From Campylobacter concisus (lineage in GTDB: Bacteria > Campylobacterota > Campylobacteria > Campylobacterales > Campylobacteraceae), in NCBI GenBank assembly GCA_018371535.1, contig JAHAKU010000007.1:19796-83795 (forward strand): a DNA stretch of 64,000 nucleotides, read 5' to 3'. The notes under the pieces are model-generated. The model was not told the DNA's origin, ran no database searches, and saw nothing but the letters and a program-made list of their open reading frames with translations. The translations under genes and the position numbers were made by a program. The stretch's first letter is position 1; the number at the start of each line of letters is the position of its first letter. Of the stretch, positions 23,200 through 33,555 are shown piece by piece.

Positions 23200-23322
23200 A
23201 ATTTGCTTATATTTTTTCTAATATTTTTAAGTTTTTCTATTAGTTAAATTTTTTTCGTTATTTATCTAAAATTTACTTCATCTGCCCAAATTTAGCCACT
23301 TTATAAGATTAAATTTTTAAGG

Positions 23323-24318
23323 CTATTTTAAAATAATAAAACCAAGACCAACCTTGTCAGTGTGCCTATCATAGTCAATCAAGCTCTCGCCGTATCCTGT
23401 AAAATACTGCAAATAGCCATAAACGCCGCTTGAAAATATCGGAAACATATATGAAAGCTCGGCCGCACCTTTATTTGTTTTATCAAAATGTAAGTTATTT
23501 CTTAGCATTAGGCTAAAAATTTGATCATTTAGCTTGTAACTAAGCCTTAGGTCTCCGTGTCCGATGTAGTTTAAAATTTCTTTATTGTCGTTCTTTTCGC
23601 CGATTACGCTCCAAACTCTTGGCGAGATGGTTAAATCTCCATAGACGAAATCGCCTTGCACGTAGGCTCTGTTCCAGCTCCTTGAGTTGGTGCCATCTCG
23701 TCCGTTTGACTCATGCAAAAGTCCAAATTTTAGGTTTTTCACGCCTATTTGCTCTAGGTATTTTGGAGAGGCGAAATTTAAGAAAATTTCAGGCTGATAG
23801 TTTGTCTCACGAAACGGAGCTGAAGTTTTTGTTATCTGCCACCAAGAAGTTTGCGTATATGCCGCCACGAGGCTCTCTCTAAGACCAAAAACGTCGTAAA
23901 AAAGCGGCTTTGCAAGGCTTATTTGAAACTTCGTCTCAACGCTCTTTCGCCCATCATCTGGGACAGTTTTAGCGTAAGTTACTGGCAAAAGGTAGTTAAA
24001 TTTATAAAGCTCGATGCCAAGTGCGTTTTGCAGATGATGATCAGCCTTGTTTTCTTGTGTGATCTTAGCCTGCTTTACCTTTGCTTCTGGCGTAGCTGGC
24101 TCGGCATTTAGGCTAGCCTGAGAAGCCATGCTTTGCGCGTTTATAGAGTTTGCGGCGATGCTTTTATAAATTTGCATAGCGCCCTTTATATCGCCACTTT
24201 GCTCGAGTGCCTGCGCCCTTTGAAACTCGCTAAGCTCGCTTGCTGCTAGAAGGCTAAAGGCAAGAGCCAAAAATAGTATAAACTTACGCATCCTTTTGCT
24301 CCTTTTTTTGAATTTCAT
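23323..24318 (-). CDS. pldA: outer-membrane phospholipase A
   Basis: 331 aa; signal peptide; OMPLA-type beta-barrel with catalytic-region motifs (…YTQTSWWQ…, HESNGRDG). Confidence 0.8.
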   Translation of the reverse strand: MKFKKRSKRMRKFILFLALAFSLLAASELSEFQRAQALEQSGDIKGAMQIYKSIAANSINAQSMASQASLNAEPATPEAKVKQAKITQENKADHHLQNALGIELYKFNYLLPVTYAKTVPDDGRKSVETKFQISLAKPLFYDVFGLRESLVAAYTQTSWWQITKTSAPFRETNYQPEIFLNFASPKYLEQIGVKNLKFGLLHESNGRDGTNSRSWNRAYVQGDFVYGDLTISPRVWSVIGEKNDNKEILNYIGHGDLRLSYKLNDQIFSLMLRNNLHFDKTNKGAAELSYMFPIFSSGVYGYLQYFTGYGESLIDYDRHTDKVGLGFIILK

Positions 24319-24859
24319 TTGCTATTTTGTACTCTTCTGGGAAATTTACGTTAAAAAACTGCTCTTTATCCTCAAAATTTACTATCTTGCACTTGCAGTT
24401 TTTTCGTAAAAGTCCGATTTTATGCTCATTTTTTTGGTAAAGCTCTTGTGCAAGTGGGGCTAAGCTTGGACTAAAAAAGCCACAAAGCGAGTGGATATGC
24501 TCATCATCACCAGCCACGACCATCTCAAATTCATCTTTAAATTTAGCCAGCTCGCCAAGACTTTTTGGGTCAAAAAATGGCATATCAGCTGGGATGATAA
24601 AGACGCTATGATCAAAGCTTTTTAGCACGCAGTAGAGCGCTAACATCGGCGAATAATCCTCACTGTTCTCATCTTTTATAAGCTTTAGTGGCGGGTTAAA
24701 TTTCTCAAATTTAGAGCTTACAAAAACCTCATCAAAGACTTTGCTAAATTTAGCAACCTGATAGTGTGTGAGCGTTTCAAATCCCCCAAACGGCAGCAAG
24801 GTCTTATCCTGACCCATGCGCGAGCTCTTGCCACCTGCTAAAATGACGCAAGTTTGCAT
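24284..24859 (-). CDS. mobA: molybdenum cofactor guanylyltransferase
   Basis: 191 aa; N-terminal ILAGGKSSRMGQDK motif. Confidence 0.75.
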   Translation of the reverse strand: MQTCVILAGGKSSRMGQDKTLLPFGGFETLTHYQVAKFSKVFDEVFVSSKFEKFNPPLKLIKDENSEDYSPMLALYCVLKSFDHSVFIIPADMPFFDPKSLGELAKFKDEFEMVVAGDDEHIHSLCGFFSPSLAPLAQELYQKNEHKIGLLRKNCKCKIVNFEDKEQFFNVNFPEEYKIANEIQKKEQKDA

Positions 24860-25084
24860 CTTTTATCCTTTTAAATTTCAAAAAATTACAAAAGTATAAC
24901 CAAATTTTCTAACTCATCTTGTTTTAAATTTATTATCACTTAGCAAAGCTTTGCCATTAAATTTGCAAAAAAGAGCGCTTTTGCCAAAATAATGGGCTGC
25001 TTTTTAGCAGTTAAAATTAATTTTTTTACCACGCTAATCATAAAGCTAAGAATAATATAATGGCTTACTTTTAAAGGAGATCAC

Positions 25085-25342
25085 ATGAGTGAAAGAAATT
25101 TACAAATTTTAGGTTGGATAGGTACGTGCTTATCGGTTGTTATGTACTTTTCATACATCCCACAAATAATGGGCAACCTTGATGGCAACAAAACGCCTTA
25201 TATACAGCCACTAGCGGCTGCGCTAAACTGCACAATCTGGACAAGTTACGGCCTACTAAAAGCTAAAAAAGACTATCCACTTTCTGCTGCAAACTTCCCA
25301 GGCATAATCTTTGGACTTTTGGCAACTATAACAGCGTTTTAA
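25085..25342 (+). CDS. SemiSWEET/PQ-loop small sugar transporter
   Basis: 85 aa, three TM helices, PQ motif (YFSYIPQIMGN). Confidence 0.55.
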   Translation: MSERNLQILGWIGTCLSVVMYFSYIPQIMGNLDGNKTPYIQPLAAALNCTIWTSYGLLKAKKDYPLSAANFPGIIFGLLATITAF

Positions 25343-25678
25343 TGCGCTAGCTTCAAGCTTTTTATACTAAAAATAGCCGGTAAATTTGTAAATTTATCGG
25401 CTAAATTTAATTTATACAAAATACTTTCGAATTTCTTTAATTTTTACAGATAAAACCAGATATTGCAACGAAAATTTCACAAGAAAAACATTTCATCAAA
25501 ATTTATCAAAAACGTAAGGCAAAGTATCGTGAGATGAGTTTAATGGCTTTGCTCCCCTTGCGGTCGCAACTACAAGCAGAAGCAACGTAAAAAATTAGCA
25601 AAGATAAGACATTTTAGTCTATCGAGCTAAATTTTTACTAGCTCCATTAAAAATGCTCACGAGACGAGCCGCTAATTT

Positions 25679-26944
25679 CTAAAGATCACGCGGATCAGCG
25701 ATTTTACCAGCTATCGCACTCGCCGCTACAACTGCCGAGTTAGCCAGATAAATTTCACTCGTTCTATCGCCCATACGACCGACGAAATTTCTATTTGTAG
25801 TCGATATGCAGCGCTCGTTTGCGCCCAAAATGCCCATATATCCGCCAAGGCAAGCACCACATGTTGGGTTGCTCACAACTGCGCCAGCTTCTATGAAAAT
25901 GTCGATAAGCCCCTCTTTTTCGGCAGCTCTTGCGATCTTTTGCGTCGCTGGAGTGATGATGAGCCTTGTTTTGCGGGCTACTTTTTTACCTTTTAGTATT
26001 TGCGCTGCGATGCGAAGGTCGCTTAGACGGCCATTTGTGCATGAGCCGATAAATGCTTGATCGATAGCTAGATCGTCGCGAACCGCCTGTCTTACGCTCT
26101 TGCCGTTGCTTGGCAAAAATGGATATGCGATGACTGGATCAAGGTTTGTGACATCGATCTCTAAAATTTTGTCGTATTTTGCACCCTCGTCTGAGTAGAA
26201 AAATTTTGGTTTATCGCGTAAATTTTTATCTTTTAAAAACTCTTTTGTTATCTCATCAACCGCGATGATACCGCTCTTTGCGCCAGCTTCGATCGCCATG
26301 TTACACATTGAAAATCTATCATCCATGCTAAGAGCGTCTATCACCTCACCGCTAAACTCAAGCGCCTTGTAAAGTGCGCCATCGACGCCTATTTGGCGGA
26401 TGATCTCAAGGATGAGGTCCTTGCCATAGACGTGCTTATCAAGCTTACCTTTAAAGACGACCTTGATGCTCTCAGGCACTTTAAACCAGTTTTTGCCAGT
26501 GATCATCGCATAAGCTAGGTCGGTGCTGCCCATGCCAGTGCTAAACGCTCCAAGGGCGCCGTGCGTACAGGTGTGGCTGTCTGCGCCGATGATGACGTCG
26601 CCTGGGATGACTAGCCCTTTTTCAGGTAAAATCGCGTGCTCGATGCCCATATCTTTTTCGTCAAAATAGTTTTTAAGGTCGTGTTTGTAGGCAAATTCGC
26701 GTGAAATTTTGGCTTGATTTGCGCTTAGGATGTCCTTTGTCGGGATGTAGTGGTCCATCACGATGGCAAAGCCGTCTGGGTTAGCTAGCTTTTTAGCGCC
26801 ACTTCGCTCAAACTGCTTGATCGAGATAGGTGTCGTGATGTCGTTGCCTATGATCATATCGATCTTGCTCTCGATGATCTCTCCTGCGCTTACCTCTTTG
26901 CCAACGTGATCTGAAAATATTTTTTCTGTGATGGTTTGTTTCAT
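25679..26944 (-). CDS. leuC: 3-isopropylmalate dehydratase large subunit, short (archaeal-type, ~420 aa) form
   Basis: 421 aa aconitase-family catalytic domain with Fe-S ligand Cys motifs (GSCTNGR, NPTCGACLG); no leuD adjacent. Confidence 0.7.
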   Translation of the reverse strand: MKQTITEKIFSDHVGKEVSAGEIIESKIDMIIGNDITTPISIKQFERSGAKKLANPDGFAIVMDHYIPTKDILSANQAKISREFAYKHDLKNYFDEKDMGIEHAILPEKGLVIPGDVIIGADSHTCTHGALGAFSTGMGSTDLAYAMITGKNWFKVPESIKVVFKGKLDKHVYGKDLILEIIRQIGVDGALYKALEFSGEVIDALSMDDRFSMCNMAIEAGAKSGIIAVDEITKEFLKDKNLRDKPKFFYSDEGAKYDKILEIDVTNLDPVIAYPFLPSNGKSVRQAVRDDLAIDQAFIGSCTNGRLSDLRIAAQILKGKKVARKTRLIITPATQKIARAAEKEGLIDIFIEAGAVVSNPTCGACLGGYMGILGANERCISTTNRNFVGRMGDRTSEIYLANSAVVAASAIAGKIADPRDL

Positions 26945-27028
26945 AAAATTTCCTTTAAATTTTGGGGCGATTTTAACAAAAATAGCTAAATTTAAAGAAA
27001 ATTCACCAAGCCAAAAGGCTTAGTGAAG

Positions 27029-29275
27029 TTAAAATTTAACCGATGCGGTGAGCATGAACTGCCTAGCATAGCCTGGCTGTATCGGTATGATATTTGCCTG
27101 CGTGCCAGTCGATGAAGATGTGTAGTAGAGCTTATCGGTTATGTTTTTGACATTAAATGAGAAATTTGTCTCATAGCCTGCGATCTTTGTATCATAGCTG
27201 ATAAAAGCGTCATAAACAACCGCACTATTTATCTTAAATGCCGTTCCTGCTGGCACCGCAGGTAAATTTGTCCTCATATAGTATGTATACCACGAGCCAA
27301 AATACCTAGCTCCACCGCCGATCCTTAGCCCTTTTGCGCCAAGATGGCTAAAGTCGTAGTTAGCAAAGAGGCTTGCTTGATGCTTTGGCGTGGCTTCAAG
27401 CGGTTTGCCAACGAGTACTGCAAAGGCACCACTATCTTTTCGCACATCAGTTTTAGTGTATGCGTAGCTAGCGCCAAGACTTAGCCCCTGCGTTACACGA
27501 CCATTAAAATCAAACTCAAATCCTCTAGAGCGCGCCTCGCCAACTGGCGTACTCACGCCATCTACAGTGCGCATGATGTTTTTCTTGTTGATGTTAAAAA
27601 CCGCTGCACTTGCTGTTATGCTATCGTTTTGAAATTTAGATCCAAACTCTATACTCTTGCCCTCTTCTGGCTTTATATCGCCTATGTCAGCGCCGCTGAT
27701 CGCCATTTGTGGGTTGAAGCTTTGCGCGTAGTTGGTATAGACCGACCACTCGGGTGTTAGCAGGTACAAAAGCCCAGTTTGCCACGTAAATTTGCCATCT
27801 TGCTGATCTGTGCTATTTAGTCCGCTAGTTGTACCGCGAGCTACTTGGTCGTAGTATTCGTATCTAGCTCCTAAAGAGTAGATCAAATTTTGGGTCAAAT
27901 TTATGCTATCTTGCGCGTAAAATCCGATCGTTTTTAGCTTTTGGTACTGGATACCTGAGGCTCTATCAGACGGATAGGCTACCGTGCCATAGACTGGGTT
28001 ATAGATATTTATAGGGAAGTTTTTGTGCACGATGCCAGTGCTATAGCTGTTTAGTGCGCCAGGCCTATAGCGGTAGTACTCCTTTGCGTCGATGCCAAAG
28101 AGCAAGTTGTGCTCCAGCTCGCCTGTTTTAACATAGCCATTTAAATTTAATGAACCTGCGTGCGTGCGGTGGATAAAGCCGTCATACGCCTCGTTTCGCC
28201 TAGATGCAACGCCAGTGTTTAAATTTACATTCATTAGCCTGATGTGACCGTACTCATGACGAGACCTAGAAAAGGCATAAGCGCCCTTTAACATCCAGTT
28301 TTCGCCAAGATTTTTCTCAAAATTTATATCAGCAGTGTCAAGCTTTGTTTTAAGCTTATTAAATGGCTCGTCAAGTCGTCTTTTCTTATCTATAGGCAGT
28401 AGTTCGCCGGTGCTTGGGATGAGATACATGCCGCGGTCGATCGGATCGGTTGAGCGAGTATGGGTGTAGGCGAAATTTATGCGGTAGTCATCGCCTTTAT
28501 ATGACAGTGATGGCGCAAAAAGGACGTTTTTATACTCGCCAAACTCTCTCCAATAGTCCTTTTTCATCGTATCAAATATAAATCTATACGCAAAGCCGCT
28601 CTCTGCGATCGGCCCTGTGGTGTCAAAGCCCGTGTTCCAGTAGTTGCGGTTGCCAAAACCAGTCCAAATTTCATTTGCAAAGTCATATTTTGGCTTTTTA
28701 GTTACCATGTTTATTATGCCGCCTGGCTCTTGCGCGCCGTAAAGCAAGCTAGCTGGTCCTTTTAGCACCTCGACGCTTTCTACAGTTTTGTTAAAGCTAT
28801 GCATGACGCTAGCTGGTACGCCATTTCGCATTATAGAGCCATCACGTCCGCCACCAAAGCCTCGCTTGATGATCGAGTCAAAAATGCCGCCTGTTGTGTT
28901 GCCATAGCTTATGCCGCTCACGTTTTGAAGGCTCTCTGCTAGTGTCTCTGGCTTTTTGTCTTTTAGTTGTTGAGCTGTCACGACATTTACGGTTTGTGGT
29001 ATCTCAAGGATAGGTGTATTTGTCTTGCCAACTTCGCTCGTTGTCGCTCTATAACCATCATCCGCGCTATCTTCTACGCTCACGCCTTCTAAATTTACAT
29101 CAGCGCCATTTAGAGCCGAGATAGCAGCGCAAAGTGCTATGCTAATAGTGCATTTTTTCAAACTAGATACTTTAAAATTTAATGTATTAAAAATCGTTAT
29201 CATTATATAAAAGTGAAATTTAAAATTTGATGAAAAATTTACAAAGAATTTATGATAAAAATTTAGAGCAGGCAA
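27029..29275 (-). CDS. TonB-dependent outer-membrane receptor (siderophore type)
   Basis: 748 aa; signal peptide; plug domain and C-terminal beta-barrel ending in aromatic residue (…LTASVKF). Confidence 0.8.
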   Translation of the reverse strand: MPALNFYHKFFVNFSSNFKFHFYIMITIFNTLNFKVSSLKKCTISIALCAAISALNGADVNLEGVSVEDSADDGYRATTSEVGKTNTPILEIPQTVNVVTAQQLKDKKPETLAESLQNVSGISYGNTTGGIFDSIIKRGFGGGRDGSIMRNGVPASVMHSFNKTVESVEVLKGPASLLYGAQEPGGIINMVTKKPKYDFANEIWTGFGNRNYWNTGFDTTGPIAESGFAYRFIFDTMKKDYWREFGEYKNVLFAPSLSYKGDDYRINFAYTHTRSTDPIDRGMYLIPSTGELLPIDKKRRLDEPFNKLKTKLDTADINFEKNLGENWMLKGAYAFSRSRHEYGHIRLMNVNLNTGVASRRNEAYDGFIHRTHAGSLNLNGYVKTGELEHNLLFGIDAKEYYRYRPGALNSYSTGIVHKNFPINIYNPVYGTVAYPSDRASGIQYQKLKTIGFYAQDSINLTQNLIYSLGARYEYYDQVARGTTSGLNSTDQQDGKFTWQTGLLYLLTPEWSVYTNYAQSFNPQMAISGADIGDIKPEEGKSIEFGSKFQNDSITASAAVFNINKKNIMRTVDGVSTPVGEARSRGFEFDFNGRVTQGLSLGASYAYTKTDVRKDSGAFAVLVGKPLEATPKHQASLFANYDFSHLGAKGLRIGGGARYFGSWYTYYMRTNLPAVPAGTAFKINSAVVYDAFISYDTKIAGYETNFSFNVKNITDKLYYTSSSTGTQANIIPIQPGYARQFMLTASVKF

Positions 29276-29552
29276 AAAGCCTAAAATTCCACCTTCCTTG
29301 CTACTAAATTTTAAAATTATAATTTAAGTAATAAAAATAATTTTTATGTAAATTTTGTCTTTGAAAAGTGGTTAAAAGCTCGAAAAATAGGCTTTATAAT
29401 ATTTTTTGTAAGTTTTTTAATAAAAAGTCTAAATTTCATCTCAAATGGGCTTTTACCAAGCAAATGTGATCATTTTTGCTTAAATATGAAAATTAATAAA
29501 CATTATTTAACTTTTATTATAAAATACGCCGAAAATTTTAAAAGGATTTAAG

Positions 29553-31529
29553 ATGAAAAAACTCTTTTCTAGCTTGTCTAACAAGATAGCCTTTTTGCTG
29601 ACAGCTTGGATGCTAATAGGCATAGGCATATTTTTTAGCATAAACTACTCAAATTCCAAGTCGGAAAAAATTCAGTCGTACAACAACGTGCGAAAAACTG
29701 GGCTAAAATCGACAATGTACTTTGTCGATGAGTTTTTAAAGTCAAGACTTCACATGGTGCAAAACTTTGCAAAAGAGCTTGAGGATAAAAAGCTCTATAC
29801 CAGCAGGGACGACATAGCTGAGGCACTAAAGGGTGCGCTTATCATTTCGCCATTTGACGCGCTATTTGTGGGCTACGCAGACAATGGCAACGTCATAAAG
29901 ACTGATCTTTTGAAAAACAACGAGCCATTTTTGATACCAAATTTTGACGGTCGCACGAGGGCTTGGTTTCAGGGTGCGAGCAGCAGCGGCAAGCCTGGAT
30001 TTTCAGAGCCATACATAGATGTCACAACAAAGAATTTAACCATCACAGCCTACGCTCCTATTTTTAATGACAAACACCAGCTAGTAGCGGTAATCGGCGC
30101 AAATATCTTCTTAAACAGCTTTAGTCAGGAGCTTTTAGAGATAAAAACGACTAAGACTTCAAGTATCATGATCGCCGATGACAACGGCAAAGCGATAGTT
30201 CATCCTGATATAAATTTGATCACAAAAGAAGATGAAACCTATAAAAACCTCATCAAAGAAAATATGAAAAAGAGCATAGAGGGCGACAAGGTTTCGCTAT
30301 TTTTCCATAACGGTATGAGAAACGTCATCTACTGCCAAAACCAAAAGCTAACAGGCTGGAACGTCTGTATAGTGGCTGATGCTGATGAGTTTGTGGCTGA
30401 AATTCAAAGTGCTTCAAACAAGCAAATTTTGATGTTTGGCCTATTTTTGATCTCAGTCATCATCGCTATTATGGTGGTCGTTAGGTACTTCTTAAGGCCG
30501 GTTTTAACGATACAAAATGGGCTAATCGAAGTCTTTAAATTTATAAACAACAAAACTTCAAACGTCGAGCCTATCAAGCTAAAAACCAGCGACGAGCTAG
30601 GCGTTATGGCTGCTATTATAAACGAAAATATAGAGAGCACAAAAGAAAATTTAAATAACGAGCGTGAGTTTTTAGCCAAAACGCAAGAATTTGTAAGCAA
30701 GATAAAAGGTGGCGACTTTAGAGCAACGCTTGAAGCGACGACAAATAGCCAAGCTCTGCTAAAACTAAAAGAGGCATTTGGCGAGCTAAGAGACGCACTA
30801 AAGACAAATATCGCTTCAAACGAGCACGACATCTTAAAAGCGCTAGAAATTTACTTTAAAAACGACTTTACCGCTAGGATAAACGACGAGGGCGTCATCG
30901 CAAAAGGTATCGACGCACTTGGTGACAAGATCGCGCAGATGCTAAAAAATAATGAAGATGTCGCAAAACTGCTAGAAGACCGTGCTAAAGCGCTAAAAGG
31001 CTATATGCAGGAGCTTACCACTAAGGCAAACAAGAGTGCGACTTCGCTTTCTGAGGGTGCGGCTGCGGTTGAGCAGATGAGTGCGTCTATGAGGCAGGTA
31101 AATGCAAGATCTGATGATGTCAAAAGGCAGTCTGAGGAGATAAAAAATATCATCACCATCATCCACGACATCGCCGATCAGACAAATTTACTAGCTCTTA
31201 ACGCTGCAATAGAAGCAGCACGTGCGGGCGAGCATGGCAGGGGCTTTGCGGTTGTGGCTGATGAGGTTAGAAATTTAGCCGAGCGCACTCAAAAAAGCCT
31301 TGGTGAGATCGAGGCAAATGCAAATATCCTAACGCAAAACATCGATGATATGAGTGCAGCCATAAATGAGCAAACCATAGCGATCGCTCAGATAAACACG
31401 CTAGTTGCCGATATCGACAACCTAACAAAAGAAAATCTTGAAGTGGCAAACCAAACAAACAAAGCCACAAACAAGGTTGATGAGATAGCTGATCAGATCG
31501 TAAAAGAGGTCGCTAAAAACAAATTTTAA
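29553..31529 (+). CDS. methyl-accepting chemotaxis protein with periplasmic Cache-type sensor
   Basis: 658 aa; TM–periplasmic domain–TM–HAMP–MCP signalling domain (…[34 protein letters not shown]…). Confidence 0.85.
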   Translation: MKKLFSSLSNKIAFLLTAWMLIGIGIFFSINYSNSKSEKIQSYNNVRKTGLKSTMYFVDEFLKSRLHMVQNFAKELEDKKLYTSRDDIAEALKGALIISPFDALFVGYADNGNVIKTDLLKNNEPFLIPNFDGRTRAWFQGASSSGKPGFSEPYIDVTTKNLTITAYAPIFNDKHQLVAVIGANIFLNSFSQELLEIKTTKTSSIMIADDNGKAIVHPDINLITKEDETYKNLIKENMKKSIEGDKVSLFFHNGMRNVIYCQNQKLTGWNVCIVADADEFVAEIQSASNKQILMFGLFLISVIIAIMVVVRYFLRPVLTIQNGLIEVFKFINNKTSNVEPIKLKTSDELGVMAAIINENIESTKENLNNEREFLAKTQEFVSKIKGGDFRATLEATTNSQALLKLKEAFGELRDALKTNIASNEHDILKALEIYFKNDFTARINDEGVIAKGIDALGDKIAQMLKNNEDVAKLLEDRAKALKGYMQELTTKANKSATSLSEGAAAVEQMSASMRQVNARSDDVKRQSEEIKNIITIIHDIADQTNLLALNAAIEAARAGEHGRGFAVVADEVRNLAERTQKSLGEIEANANILTQNIDDMSAAINEQTIAIAQINTLVADIDNLTKENLEVANQTNKATNKVDEIADQIVKEVAKNKF

Positions 31530-31534
31530 CTTTT

Positions 31535-31564
31535 GTCCTAGCAAACCAGCTAGGACTCTTTGTT
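31535..31564 (+). terminator. Rho-independent terminator downstream of the MCP gene
   Basis: perfect 8-bp stem GTCCTAGC/GCTAGGAC with 6-nt loop followed by TCTTTGTT. Confidence 0.5.
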
Positions 31565-31600
31565 AAAACATTTTTGCAACATTTCTGATATAATCCCCGC

Positions 31601-32923
31601 ATGAAGTACGCACATTTAGTTCAAATAGCAAGTTATCTATCAAAATTTAAAAAGATAAGCCAAGCAAAGCGCGTAAGCGACATGGCTATACTTATCGAAT
31701 TTAGCGGCGAAAAGATCATCTTTGATCTAAATAAGTCAAACTCAGCGATCTATAAAGATGACGAGCTAAAAGAGGCGAAAATTTATCAAGCACCCTTTGA
31801 TAATGTCCTAAAAAAACGCTTTAACGCCTCACATATAAAAAGCGTCGAGTGCCTAAAAAACAATAGAATTTTAAAATTTACCTGCACACAAAGTGGCTCA
31901 TATAAAAGCGAAAATTTCATCCTTTATCTTGAATTTACTGGCCGCTTTACAAACGCTGTGATAACTGATGAAAATAGCGTTATCATTGAGGCGCTAAGGC
32001 ACATCGACAATAGCTACCGCAAGATAGAAACTGGCGAGGTTTTAAAAGAGCTGCCAACCATCGCCATCAAAGAAAAGCCGTGCGAGCCTATAACTGACTT
32101 TGAGGCATTTTTTAAAAGTGAAGCAGCTAGGATAAATGAGGCTAGGATAGCTAGCTTGAAAGAGGCAAAGCTTACTAGTGTTCAAAAAAAGATAGATAGC
32201 ATGAGTGAAATTTTAAACTCGCTTGAAGATAAAGATGAGCTAATGAAAAAGAGCGAGGAGTTTGCAAACTACGGCACGCTCTTGCTTGCAAATTTGGCAA
32301 ATTTTAAGGGCTATGAGAGAGAAATTTGCCTGAAAGATTTTAACGACAACGAGATAAAACTAACTCTTAGCGATACGCCAAAAAATAGTGCAAATGAATT
32401 TTACTCAAGATCAAAAAAACTTCGTGCAAAAGCCCTTGGTGTGGAGATAGAAAAGAGAAATTTAAGTGAAAAGATCGAGTTTTTAGAAGGGCTAAAGTCG
32501 CTTTTAAAAGAGGCAAAAAGCGCTTACGAGCTTGAAATTTTAAGCCCAAAAAACAAGGCAAAACAAAGAGAGAGACACATAAAAGATGTAAGCGAAAATG
32601 CTGAAATTTTCTATGTTAGAGAGTTTAAAATTTTAGTTGGCAGAAACGAAAAAGGTAATATAAATTTGCTCGATCTTGCTAAAAAAGACGACATCTGGCT
32701 TCATCTAAAAGACGCCCCAAGCGCTCACGTCATCATAAAAACAAACAAGAGCAAAGTGCCAGAAGACGTGCTAGAAATGGCTGCTAAATTTTGCGTGGAA
32801 TTTAGCGTAAAAGGGGCTGGCAGATACGAGGTGGATTACACCAAACGCGAAAATTTAAGGCGTGAAAATGGCGCAAACGTCACTTACACAAACTACAAAA
32901 CGATCATCATAAATAAAGGCTAA
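31601..32923 (+). CDS. NFACT-family RNA-binding protein (RqcH/FbpA-like; annotated as fibronectin-binding protein in Campylobacter)
   Basis: 440 aa; N-terminal NFACT-N-like region, coiled coil, C-terminal NFACT-R/DUF814-like segment (…LHLKDAPSAHVIIK…). Confidence 0.6.
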   Translation: MKYAHLVQIASYLSKFKKISQAKRVSDMAILIEFSGEKIIFDLNKSNSAIYKDDELKEAKIYQAPFDNVLKKRFNASHIKSVECLKNNRILKFTCTQSGSYKSENFILYLEFTGRFTNAVITDENSVIIEALRHIDNSYRKIETGEVLKELPTIAIKEKPCEPITDFEAFFKSEAARINEARIASLKEAKLTSVQKKIDSMSEILNSLEDKDELMKKSEEFANYGTLLLANLANFKGYEREICLKDFNDNEIKLTLSDTPKNSANEFYSRSKKLRAKALGVEIEKRNLSEKIEFLEGLKSLLKEAKSAYELEILSPKNKAKQRERHIKDVSENAEIFYVREFKILVGRNEKGNINLLDLAKKDDIWLHLKDAPSAHVIIKTNKSKVPEDVLEMAAKFCVEFSVKGAGRYEVDYTKRENLRRENGANVTYTNYKTIIINKG

Positions 32924-32925
32924 AA

Positions 32926-33267
32926 ATGGCGGTAACACCTTTAGGAAATAGCAACTTCATCAACCAAAACGCCCCAGTCGTCTCGCAGGTGCATGCAAAC
33001 CAGCAAGCACGCTTTGACATGCAAGCGCTAATGGCATCTGAGCTAGCCACCCAGCAAAACGAGGAGATCAAAGAGGTGCGTCCGATGGAGGAGTCATATA
33101 AAATAGACCCTGAAAAAGAGCACGAGCGTCAAAAGAGCGAAGAAGAGGCGAGCGAGTTTGAGAACGAAGAGCAAAACGCAAAAGCCAAAGATGAAGAGGT
33201 CTTAGAAGACGAGCTTGACAGCGAAGAAGAGAGCGAAGAACCGCACGTTTTGGATATAAAAATTTAA
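32926..33267 (+). CDS. small highly acidic hypothetical protein
   Basis: 113 aa; Glu/Asp-rich C-terminal half; 3-nt spacing from preceding gene. Confidence 0.35.
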   Translation: MAVTPLGNSNFINQNAPVVSQVHANQQARFDMQALMASELATQQNEEIKEVRPMEESYKIDPEKEHERQKSEEEASEFENEEQNAKAKDEEVLEDELDSEEESEEPHVLDIKI

Positions 33268-33382
33268 ACTTTAAATTTAAAGATGGTTGTTTAAATCACA
33301 CCATTATTTTTAAAATTTACTAGCTAACTGCACCTAAAATCAAAAACAAATCATTAAAAAGTAGAAATTAAAGAAGTAAAAG

Positions 33383-33480
33383 TGGCGAGAGGATGAGAGA
33401 ATCGAACTCCCCACCAGACGGTCAACCGCCCAGTCATCGGGTTTGAAGCCCGTGAGCATCACCAGATTACTTTATCCTCC
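33383..33480 (-). tRNA. selC: selenocysteine-type tRNA (anticodon UCA), ~98 nt with long variable arm
   Basis: reverse complement reads GGAGGAUA…CGGG-CUUCAAA-CCCG…long extra arm…GGGAG-UUCGAUU-CUCUC-AUCCUCUC-GCCA; anticodon loop CUUCAAA is identical to E. coli selC; canonical T-loop; 3' GCCA. Confidence 0.6.
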
Positions 33481-33555
33481 GTGTGCGTTATTTTAGCAGA
33501 TTTAGATAAATTTTAGCCCATTTTCTATAAACTTTTTGAAATTACAAAAGGATTT

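Noticed and set aside
33383-33480. Alternative reading of the tRNA as tRNA-Ser or tRNA-Leu because of the long variable arm
   Set aside because: The anticodon triplet in a well-formed 7-nt loop is UCA, which decodes UGA and no Ser or Leu codon. The loop sequence CUUCAAA is identical to bacterial tRNA-Sec.
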